Part shown: positions 8,397 through 16,255 of the stretch, one piece after another
How the letters are laid out: every line of letters begins with the position of its first letter
Position numbering within the stretch: position 1 is the stretch's first letter
Source of the DNA: a virus
Strand: one strand, 5' to 3'
Virus record (IMG/VR): IMGVR_UViG_3300027804_000047
Location: 32,001-96,000 of that record
Length of the DNA: 64,000 nucleotides
Program-made: the position numbers and the translations under genes
Notes under the pieces: generated by a model
Databases searched by the model: none
Told to the model about the DNA's origin: nothing
Seen by the model: the letters and a program-made list of their open reading frames with translations, nothing else

Positions 8397-9188
8397 GTGT
8401 CACGTAAATATAATAGAGACTATTATCCTAATCATGATGCAGACGAGTTTTTATACTCCGATGACCTGGTTGCACTAAACAAAGAACTATTAAAAGATAC
8501 TAGAGCAACACCATTTTTAATTAGTTCTCAGGTGGCGGTAGAAACTAAGGCATATGAAAAACGAATAACTCCATTAATGCAGCAAGGCAAAATATCTGTT
8601 ACTGTAGGAAATACAGATTGGAATAAAGAGTATGATGAGGGTAGATCATACTGGATACCTGAAAATAGGTGGGTGCATGAAACTAATCTAAAGCCAATAG
8701 AGATAGAAAAAAATCTATATGAATTTAGAACGTCTGCAGATGTATTTTTCTTGCCAGCATCTTATGGATATTTTAGTAAACTCACAAATAATAAATATAT
8801 TCTTCCTTTTCCAAGACCAGTTAGCAGAACTCTTTATCAACATTTAGAAGTAGATGAAGATATTTTAAAAGATTTAGATAATTCTTTAGAGTTAGAACAA
8901 GAGGATATAGACAATATATATAGTAAAGAAAATCCTAATGTTTTTTATCCTTATCCATATTTTTGGAATGTAAGGTGGCTACCTAAAAATTCATGCAAAA
9001 TAACATTTTATACAACAGAAGAGACAGAAAAAATAACCAGGGTTCATGTACCACAAATTACTTTAGATTGTTTAGATGATATACAAAGTCTAAAAGTTCC
9101 TGTACAATTGTATATAGATGTACGGAAAAAATCTCCGTATATAAAGCATGACGAACTAATCATGTACATGAGAGTAGAGGAAATTTAG
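8397..9188 (+). CDS. Hypothetical protein, possibly a diverged paralog of the two following ORFs
   Basis: GTG start 2 nt after the Hint gene stop; ASYGY...LPFP and YFWNVRWLP segments loosely echo the downstream family. Confidence 0.55.
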   Translation: MSRKYNRDYYPNHDADEFLYSDDLVALNKELLKDTRATPFLISSQVAVETKAYEKRITPLMQQGKISVTVGNTDWNKEYDEGRSYWIPENRWVHETNLKPIEIEKNLYEFRTSADVFFLPASYGYFSKLTNNKYILPFPRPVSRTLYQHLEVDEDILKDLDNSLELEQEDIDNIYSKENPNVFYPYPYFWNVRWLPKNSCKITFYTTEETEKITRVHVPQITLDCLDDIQSLKVPVQLYIDVRKKSPYIKHDELIMYMRVEEI

Positions 9189-9901
9189 TGTCAAAATCTA
9201 ATAAAATAACTTTTATACCAAAAGATGAGTTTACATTTGAGTATGCTCCACTTCCAGAGCCTATGTCTAAAAACCTCCCATCTTGGTGGAGAAAAACAGA
9301 ACCATTTGTAGGCGGAGAGCGCAAATTAATAAATGGACAATATAACGAAACAGTAAAAAAATGTCCAGGAATTCTTGATCAAATGGTAACTGGGTATATG
9401 TTAAAGTTTCCATGCGATATTTATGTAGATGCTACTGGAGATGCTTTAGAGGTTCAGGTTCATCCAGTTCATAATGACACAGTAGGAAAACATAGCAGAG
9501 AACAAATAGAGGGATGGACTTATGATAAAAATATATATGTTGATGATATTTTTAGAGTACACCCTATGTGGGTAATAGGAACACAAAAGGGATATAGCAC
9601 GATGTTTGTTCATCCATCTTATCATGACGATCTACCCTTTGTTACAATTCCTGCTATAATAGATACAGATATGTATATTTCAGACGGACCATTTTCTTTA
9701 CTAGTAAAGCGTGGCTTTAAAGGTACTATTGAAAAAGGAACTCCATTAGTTCAGTGTATACCATATAAAAGAGAAGAGTATAAATCTGAAATATTAGAAA
9801 AGCCAGACATGAAGGCTCTAGGGTCAATACCATATAAACTTAGGGCTAAATTCGGCGGAGCATACAAAAATTTCATGTGGGAAAAGAAGGTGTTTAAGTA
9901 A
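9188..9901 (+). CDS. Conserved phage beta-fold protein (DUF6065-like), paralog 1
   Basis: P-x-WW...KKCPGILD...GY...GYSTMFVHP...DLPF...IIDTD...GTIEKGTPLVQCIPYKRE...YK-x-x-x-W-x-KK. Confidence 0.65.
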   Translation: MSKSNKITFIPKDEFTFEYAPLPEPMSKNLPSWWRKTEPFVGGERKLINGQYNETVKKCPGILDQMVTGYMLKFPCDIYVDATGDALEVQVHPVHNDTVGKHSREQIEGWTYDKNIYVDDIFRVHPMWVIGTQKGYSTMFVHPSYHDDLPFVTIPAIIDTDMYISDGPFSLLVKRGFKGTIEKGTPLVQCIPYKREEYKSEILEKPDMKALGSIPYKLRAKFGGAYKNFMWEKKVFK

Positions 9902-10662
9902 TGTCTGATAAGATGGAGGACAAGTATAAAGATGTTCCGCCAATGGAAGATCTGACTGCTCAATTTTGGGCATCAACAGCATATCAGATAACACCTCCAC
10001 CAGTTCCAGCAATTGATAATTTACCAGATTGGTGGAAAGATAGACCTCTATATCAAGTAACAGACGACATAAATAAACTAAGCGTAACTTGGAATAAAGG
10101 TGCAGATTCAGCAGCAATTAGTGTTAAACATTGTATGCCATTTTTTGATGCACTAACTATGGGATATCATTTACCATTAGCATGCGATGTTCATGTTAAG
10201 AAAACAGATAATCCAGATAAGCCAGAAATAACCTGGGATGACGATGCTCCACGTCCTATAGAAATGAGAGGACATATAGAGATTCCAGTACCTTCTGGAT
10301 GTTACCCAATTCATTTTCTTTGGGATATGAGATGGGGATGTAAACTTCCAGATGGTTGGTCTTTAATGATTACTCATCCTACAAATAGATACGATCTTCC
10401 ATTTTTTACTGTTACTGCAATACAAGATTCAGACAGATGGTTTGGTGGAAATGTTGTAACATTCTTTTTAAGAAAAGATTTTGAAGGAACCATTCCTAAA
10501 GGAACCCCAATTATACAATTTACTCCAATTAAAAGAGCAAATTGGACAATGGAGATAGATCATGATCTTCAGGCCGAAGGTCTTTGGGATGTAGAAAGAA
10601 AAAGAAATTATCTTTATGGATTTTACAAGAAACACCGTTGGGTGAGAAAAAAATATAGATAG
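9901..10662 (+). CDS. Conserved phage beta-fold protein (DUF6065-like), paralog 2
   Basis: PDWW...KHCMPFFDA...GY...GWSLMITHP...DLPF...DSD...GTIPKGTPIIQFTPIKR...YKKHRWVRKKY. Confidence 0.65.
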   Translation: MSDKMEDKYKDVPPMEDLTAQFWASTAYQITPPPVPAIDNLPDWWKDRPLYQVTDDINKLSVTWNKGADSAAISVKHCMPFFDALTMGYHLPLACDVHVKKTDNPDKPEITWDDDAPRPIEMRGHIEIPVPSGCYPIHFLWDMRWGCKLPDGWSLMITHPTNRYDLPFFTVTAIQDSDRWFGGNVVTFFLRKDFEGTIPKGTPIIQFTPIKRANWTMEIDHDLQAEGLWDVERKRNYLYGFYKKHRWVRKKYR

Positions 10663-10670
10663 GAAAAAAT

Positions 10671-11333
10671 ATGGAAAACAGATCAAGTTATGGCGATGCA
10701 TTTCAGCCTAGTACAAGTAAGTCTACAAAAGAACATAAATTCTTTGAGAGACAAATAGATATCAATAATTTAGATGCTCTTGAATCTCTTCTTTTATCTC
10801 AATACAAAAGAATAGAAAATGGAGAAGTAGTTAAGCAAAAACTAAACGATCATACCCCATGGGATGATTCTGGAAGTATAACTACTATGAATTGGAACAA
10901 GTATAATGTTTTTCAGTTTTATGATCAAAACATTCATACACTGTTTCGTGCCGTAAAGGATATGACTGTAGATGCTTGTGAGCATTATGGACTTGATTTT
11001 GTTCAAGAACAATTTATGGTTCAGGGATGGTTTAATGTTAACTATAATCATATCGGAAAATTGGACTGGCACGAGCACGGAGGAGATGGTGCTCCTTACT
11101 TCCATGGATATTATTGCGTAAAGGCAGAACCATCAGTTACTCATTATCGTGTTTTTGAAAAAGAAATAGAAAACCACAATAGAAATAATCGTGCCATACT
11201 TTCTGAAACTGGGCATCCACATGCTATGGGTGACTGGGACTGGGATGGTCCAAGAATAACTATAGCGTATGATGTTATTCCGCTAAGATATATTCCAAAG
11301 GAATGGGAGCAACACTGGATCCCAATGGTGTGA
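10671..11333 (+). CDS. Putative 2OG-Fe(II) oxygenase (HxH type, TIGR02466-like)
   Basis: WFNVN...WHEH...FHGYY...HAM...RITIAYDV: metal-binding His triad and terminal R-x-T/S-I-A motif. Confidence 0.7.
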   Translation: MENRSSYGDAFQPSTSKSTKEHKFFERQIDINNLDALESLLLSQYKRIENGEVVKQKLNDHTPWDDSGSITTMNWNKYNVFQFYDQNIHTLFRAVKDMTVDACEHYGLDFVQEQFMVQGWFNVNYNHIGKLDWHEHGGDGAPYFHGYYCVKAEPSVTHYRVFEKEIENHNRNNRAILSETGHPHAMGDWDWDGPRITIAYDVIPLRYIPKEWEQHWIPMV

Positions 11334-11334
11334 T

Positions 11335-11664
11335 ATGGAATATTTCCTAATTGCATTATTATTACTATTTTCTTTAGTTTTTAAAAAGTATTCTATTGAT
11401 ACAAAATTAACAATTAAAGAATTAGAAAAAGATAAAAACTATTTTAGAAATACACTATGGAATAGGCTTTATTATTTAAATAAAGATGCAAAATCTACAG
11501 ATTTTAGATATCAAAACTTGAAAAAAAGAATTGATGTATTAATTAATGATATAGAAGATACTGATTTTTCAAATTTTGATGGAGATGCAAAATATGAATT
11601 AATAAATGCATTAAAAGAGATAGATTTTTATGGAGATTCAAATGATTCAAATAAAAATAAATAA
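11335..11664 (+). CDS. Hypothetical protein with N-terminal membrane anchor
   Basis: MEYFLIALLLLFSLVF hydrophobic segment followed by a coiled coil; very AT-rich. Confidence 0.6.
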   Translation: MEYFLIALLLLFSLVFKKYSIDTKLTIKELEKDKNYFRNTLWNRLYYLNKDAKSTDFRYQNLKKRIDVLINDIEDTDFSNFDGDAKYELINALKEIDFYGDSNDSNKNK

Positions 11665-11842
11665 GTCTTGCCAGGCTTGGGGACAGTGTGTTTTTGATGC
11701 TCCAGAAATATTCGATCTTGTAGATAGTGAAAGAAAAACATGGAAGTATAATGCTGATGATTCTATGTTAGAAAAAATATCTATCGCAGCATCACATTGT
11801 CCCAACAGAGCAATATCATTTAAAAAGGTTGAAGATGAATAG
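11642..11842 (+). CDS. Single-cluster (3Fe-4S type) ferredoxin
   Basis: CQAWGQC...APEIF...AASHCPNRAI, i.e. C-x2-X-x2-C...CP as in actinobacterial ferredoxins; ggag RBS before ATG 11642. Confidence 0.85.
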   Translation: MIQIKINKSCQAWGQCVFDAPEIFDLVDSERKTWKYNADDSMLEKISIAASHCPNRAISFKKVEDE

Positions 11843-11960
11843 TTTGATTTGTAAAATTAAGGGACATAAAGCAGATAAAAAAGAAACGACTTGTCCATTT
11901 ACATTAAAAACCTATCAGGTGTGTGTAAGGTGCGGTATCAAAAGGGTTAAACCAGAATGA
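11835..11960 (+). CDS. Small Cys/His zinc-binding protein (41 aa), absent from the ORF track
   Basis: MNSLICKIKGHK...TCPF...VCVRCG; overlaps both neighbours, ending in an ATGA junction. Confidence 0.6.
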   Translation: MNSLICKIKGHKADKKETTCPFTLKTYQVCVRCGIKRVKPE

Positions 11961-13108
11961 AAATAGCAGCATACGGAATAGGTAAAAACGAAGAAAAAAA
12001 TATACCAGGTTGGTTTGAAGGTATAAAAGATGCAGATTACGTTTTATATGTAGATACTGGATCAACGGATAAGAGTGTTGAGATAGCAAAATCTTTAGGA
12101 ATTGATGTTAAGTTTTCTTACTTTGACCCGTGGGATGAAACAATGGCTAAAAATGCTGCTCTTTCTTTTATACCATTGGACTTTGATTATTGCATTAACC
12201 TAGACATGGATCAACACATGAAAAGCAAAGATTGGAAAGAAAAGATATTATTAGAAAATGGCGATTACGAAATAATGTCTTTTAACTTACACTCTTCTCA
12301 CGGCTTAGCAGATTCTAATGTAATTAAAAAATCATTTAAGATCCATAAAAGACAAGGACTTTTTTGGTTTGGATATAGACCAGAAATTAAAAAAATAGGA
12401 TACAACATTGAAACTGCTTCTGCTAAAACCTTAGATATAGTGGTTTCTGACATTCCTGGAGATGAGGCTAGGTTTGAAAACAGGGATCCTTTGTATATTA
12501 AGTCGTATAAAAATTATGTAGGAAAATTAAAAAGATCTAGAAATAATGGCATTATGGTTCAGGCTTTAAATTCTTTAGCATTGTCATATTATGAAGTAGA
12601 CGATAAAGAAAATTTTGAAAATGTTTATTATGAAATGCAAGAGTTTATATCAAAGGTAGAAGTTGAAAATGATGTAGAAATACCAGATCAGTATGCTGTT
12701 AATTTAGCATACACTTTATTTAATCCTAATAAAACAATAGATATTTATAATAAGTTATATGGATCTTCAGAAATAAGTTCATATCAAAAATTTTATTTAG
12801 ATTTAAGAAAAGCAATAATTTATTATAAGAAAAAAGAATATCAAAGATTAGAAAAAATATTAAATTTGATTGATTCTGAAAAAACATTTTATGAAGGCAA
12901 CGAAACCAGATGGGATTCATATGCTTTATCAGAAACAGAAATAAACATAATAAAATATTTAAAAAATATAAAAGAAAACAAAAACAATCAAGAATATATA
13001 AATGAATTAGATAATCTGTGTCTTATTGTGTTTTCTAGCATAAATTGGGGCAAGTGGCACACTGATTTAGCACAAAAAAGTTTTGATTATTTTGAGGGGC
13101 TAATGTGA
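11957..13108 (+). CDS. GT2-family glycosyltransferase with helical (TPR-like) C-terminus
   Basis: KNEEKNI...VDTGSTDKS...AKNAAL...LDMD (DxD) N-terminal GT-A fold; helical C-terminal half. Confidence 0.85.
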   Translation: MKIAAYGIGKNEEKNIPGWFEGIKDADYVLYVDTGSTDKSVEIAKSLGIDVKFSYFDPWDETMAKNAALSFIPLDFDYCINLDMDQHMKSKDWKEKILLENGDYEIMSFNLHSSHGLADSNVIKKSFKIHKRQGLFWFGYRPEIKKIGYNIETASAKTLDIVVSDIPGDEARFENRDPLYIKSYKNYVGKLKRSRNNGIMVQALNSLALSYYEVDDKENFENVYYEMQEFISKVEVENDVEIPDQYAVNLAYTLFNPNKTIDIYNKLYGSSEISSYQKFYLDLRKAIIYYKKKEYQRLEKILNLIDSEKTFYEGNETRWDSYALSETEINIIKYLKNIKENKNNQEYINELDNLCLIVFSSINWGKWHTDLAQKSFDYFEGLM

Positions 13109-14115
13109 ACACAGTAATGGTAACTGGCGTTGCTGGTTTAGTTGGAAGCAATATTGCTAAAAAATTAATATCAGAAGGATATAATATTGTAGGTGTAGAC
13201 AATTTTATAGGTGGATATAGAGATAATGTTCCAGAAGGCGTTTTTCTTATTGAAAAAGATTGCAATGATTTAACAGAGACTGATTTTATTAATGTAGAAA
13301 CTGTAGTTCATGCTGCATGTACACCGCATGAAGGTCTTTCTGTTTTTTCCCCAAAGTTTATAACAGATAATACATTTGGCATATCCATGAATGTTTTAAA
13401 ATGCTCAATACAGTCTGGTGTTAAAAAGTTTATTTTTACATCAAGTATGGCAAGATACGGTTCTCAAGACATAGTTCCATTTACTGAAGATATGATCCCA
13501 AATCCACAAGATCCGTACGGTATAGCAAAAATTGCATTTGAAAATTCTCTTAAAATTCTTTCAGAAGTTCACGGTATAAAATATGTAGTATTAATTCCAC
13601 ACAATATTATTGGTCCTGGACAAGTATATACAGATCCATTTAGAAATGTTGCAGGAATTATGATAAATAGAATGCTAAAAGGATTACAGCCAATAGTCTA
13701 TGGTGATGGTACTCAAATGAGATGTTTTTCTGATATTAAAGATGTTGTGGATCCAATATACCATGCTGTAGTAAATGATACAGTAAATGGAGAAACCATA
13801 AATATTGGTCCAGATAAAAACTATATAACTATTAATGAATTAGCACATACTATAGGAAAAATTATAGGGATGAATGTCGAACCAATATATCTTCCAAAAA
13901 GGCCTAAAGAGGTTAAGTTTGCTAATTGTTCTGCAGACAAAGCAAGAAGTTTATTAAATTATAACCCTGTAACAACTCTTGAATCAACAATTACTGATAT
14001 GGTAAACTGGGTTAGAACAAGAGGTCCATTAGATTTTAATTATAATTTACCTGTTGAAATTGTAAATGAATTAACTCCAAAAACTTGGACAGATCAAAAA
14101 GTTTTTAATACATAA
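13105..14115 (+). CDS. NAD-dependent nucleotide-sugar epimerase/dehydratase
   Basis: TGVAGLVGS Rossmann motif, TSSMARYG, YGIAK (YxxxK), GDGTQMRCF. Confidence 0.92.
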   Translation: MNTVMVTGVAGLVGSNIAKKLISEGYNIVGVDNFIGGYRDNVPEGVFLIEKDCNDLTETDFINVETVVHAACTPHEGLSVFSPKFITDNTFGISMNVLKCSIQSGVKKFIFTSSMARYGSQDIVPFTEDMIPNPQDPYGIAKIAFENSLKILSEVHGIKYVVLIPHNIIGPGQVYTDPFRNVAGIMINRMLKGLQPIVYGDGTQMRCFSDIKDVVDPIYHAVVNDTVNGETINIGPDKNYITINELAHTIGKIIGMNVEPIYLPKRPKEVKFANCSADKARSLLNYNPVTTLESTITDMVNWVRTRGPLDFNYNLPVEIVNELTPKTWTDQKVFNT

Positions 14116-14163
14116 TGTGTAAACCTAAATAATAGCATTAGAGTTTTGTAAAAATAAAAACTC

Positions 14164-14172
14164 TGGTATACT
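14164..14172 (+). promoter_or_regulatory. Extended -10 promoter for the reductase gene
   Basis: TGgTATACT, preceded by inverted repeat agagtttt...aaaactct (14140-14164); RBS aaggag follows. Confidence 0.55.
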
Positions 14173-14204
14173 TTAGCAATAACAGTTTTTTAAGGAGCAA
14201 ATCA

Positions 14205-16235
14205 ATGTCTGATTTTTTTAGTTTTCATTTATCTGAAGAGTTCGTAAATGAGTATAAAACAAAGGAAGCCCCGTTTGGTTTTACAGACGCAGGCGGTAAT
14301 TCATTAGGAGAGATTACATTTATTCGTACCTACTCCCGTATGAAAGAAGATGGAACTAAGGAAAGATGGTATGAGGTTTGCCGTAGAGTAATCGAGGGTA
14401 TGTATTCAGCACAGAAGAATCACGCTAAAGAAAACAGACTACCTTGGAATGACTACAAGGCTCAGGCTTCTGCAAAAGAAGCATTTGATCGTTTATTTAA
14501 TTTAAAGTGGACTCCACCTGGACGAGGCTTATGGTCTTTTGGAACAGCATTAACAATGGAGAAAAAGAACTCTGCTGCACTTCAAAATTGTGCCATGGTT
14601 TCAACAAAAGATATTGACCGCAATGATCCAGGACAGTTATTTGGCTGGGTTATGGATGCATTAATGATGGGTGTTGGTGTAGGGTTTGATACTTTGGGCG
14701 GGGAGAAAAATCTTCCGATTTATACTCCAACAGAACCAGAACAAGTATATGAAATCCCAGATACTCGTGAGGGTTGGGTAGAGTCTGTTCGATTATTAAT
14801 TAATTCATTTTTAAAGCCTAATATGTATATCCAAGAGTTTAACTATGACCTTATTAGGCCATTAGGTGCCCCTATTAAGGGGTTTGGGGGCACTGCAAGC
14901 GGTCCTGCACCACTTATGCAGTTGCACAAGCAAATCAGGTCTGTAATAGGCGGTAGAGCAGGAGAAACCCTAGACTCAAGAGCAATCGTAGACATTGTAA
15001 ACCTTATCGGTACTTGTGTAGTATCAGGAAATGTTAGACGATCCGCTACCTTGGCTTTAGGTGGAGCAGAAGATAAAAACTTTATGAATTTGAAGAACGC
15101 TGAGGTTTTTCCTGAGCGTAATTCATTTGATCCAGAAAATCCAGGTTGGGCATGGATGTCAAACAACTCCATTGCTGCGACGGTAGGTACAAAGTACGAA
15201 GACTACGTAGACCTAATCGTTAATAATGGAGAACCAGGATTTATCTGGCTTGATGTAGCACGTAACTATGGTCGTTTAGCAGATCCAAAAGATGGCAAAG
15301 ACTATCGTGTTATGGGCTTCAATCCGTGTGCGGAGCAGCCATTGGAATCATACGAGTTATGTACACTTGTTGAAGTGCATTTAAATCGTCATGAATCTAA
15401 GGAAGACTTCCTGCGGACACTCAAGTTTGCATATTTGTATGGAAAGACTGTTACATTAATTCCAACACACTGGCAACAGACAAACGGAATCATGCAGCGT
15501 AATCGTCGTATTGGTACATCCCTAACAGGTATTGCATCCTTCTCAGACAAATTTGGCTTGCCTGTTGTGCGTGAATGGATGGACGAAGGCTACAAGACTA
15601 TTCGTAAATATGATCATTCTTATTCTGAATGGTTATGCGTTCGTGAGTCCATTAGAGTCACAACTGTTAAGCCATCAGGGTCTGTATCAATTCTTTCTGG
15701 CGCAACGCCAGGAGTTCACTGGGCACCAGGCGGAGATTATTTCTTGAGAGCAATTCGATTTGGGAATACCGACCCAATGATTCACTTATTCAAGGCTGCT
15801 GGATATAAGATGGAGGCTGACCTTGTATCTGCGAATACAACTGTCGTTTATTTCCCAGTTCATTCTGGCCATCCAAGATCTGAAAAAGATGTTACATTAT
15901 TTGAGAAGATTGCGCTTGCTGCTACTGCTCAGAAATACTGGTCAGATAATGGCGTTTCTGTAACGCTTTCATTTGACAAAGAAACTGAAGCAAAGCATGT
16001 AGCGCCTGCGCTTCATATGTACGAGGGACAACTAAAGGCTGTTTCATTCTTGCCGATGGGAAATCATACATATCCTCAACAACCATATACTCAAATAACT
16101 AAAGAAGAATACGATAGTTATATTGGACAAATCAAAAAGATCGATTGGTCTGCTATTTACGACGGTGCCGAGAATTTAGAAGCACAAGGCGAAATGTACT
16201 GCACAACTGATGCCTGTGAAATAAAAATATCTTAG
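14205..16235 (+). CDS. nrdJ: Class II (adenosylcobalamin-dependent) ribonucleoside-triphosphate reductase
   Basis: RTYSR, PPGRGLW, ALQNC, GNVRRSA, NPCAEQ (thiyl Cys), TTVKPSG, and C-terminal C-x4-C (YCTTDACE). Confidence 0.93.
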   Translation: MSDFFSFHLSEEFVNEYKTKEAPFGFTDAGGNSLGEITFIRTYSRMKEDGTKERWYEVCRRVIEGMYSAQKNHAKENRLPWNDYKAQASAKEAFDRLFNLKWTPPGRGLWSFGTALTMEKKNSAALQNCAMVSTKDIDRNDPGQLFGWVMDALMMGVGVGFDTLGGEKNLPIYTPTEPEQVYEIPDTREGWVESVRLLINSFLKPNMYIQEFNYDLIRPLGAPIKGFGGTASGPAPLMQLHKQIRSVIGGRAGETLDSRAIVDIVNLIGTCVVSGNVRRSATLALGGAEDKNFMNLKNAEVFPERNSFDPENPGWAWMSNNSIAATVGTKYEDYVDLIVNNGEPGFIWLDVARNYGRLADPKDGKDYRVMGFNPCAEQPLESYELCTLVEVHLNRHESKEDFLRTLKFAYLYGKTVTLIPTHWQQTNGIMQRNRRIGTSLTGIASFSDKFGLPVVREWMDEGYKTIRKYDHSYSEWLCVRESIRVTTVKPSGSVSILSGATPGVHWAPGGDYFLRAIRFGNTDPMIHLFKAAGYKMEADLVSANTTVVYFPVHSGHPRSEKDVTLFEKIALAATAQKYWSDNGVSVTLSFDKETEAKHVAPALHMYEGQLKAVSFLPMGNHTYPQQPYTQITKEEYDSYIGQIKKIDWSAIYDGAENLEAQGEMYCTTDACEIKIS

Positions 16236-16255
16236 TATGATAAAATAGACTCATA

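Noticed and set aside
14116-14204. Cobalamin riboswitch upstream of nrdJ
   Set aside because: The intergenic region is only 89 bp, very AT-rich, and lacks B12-box-like sequence.
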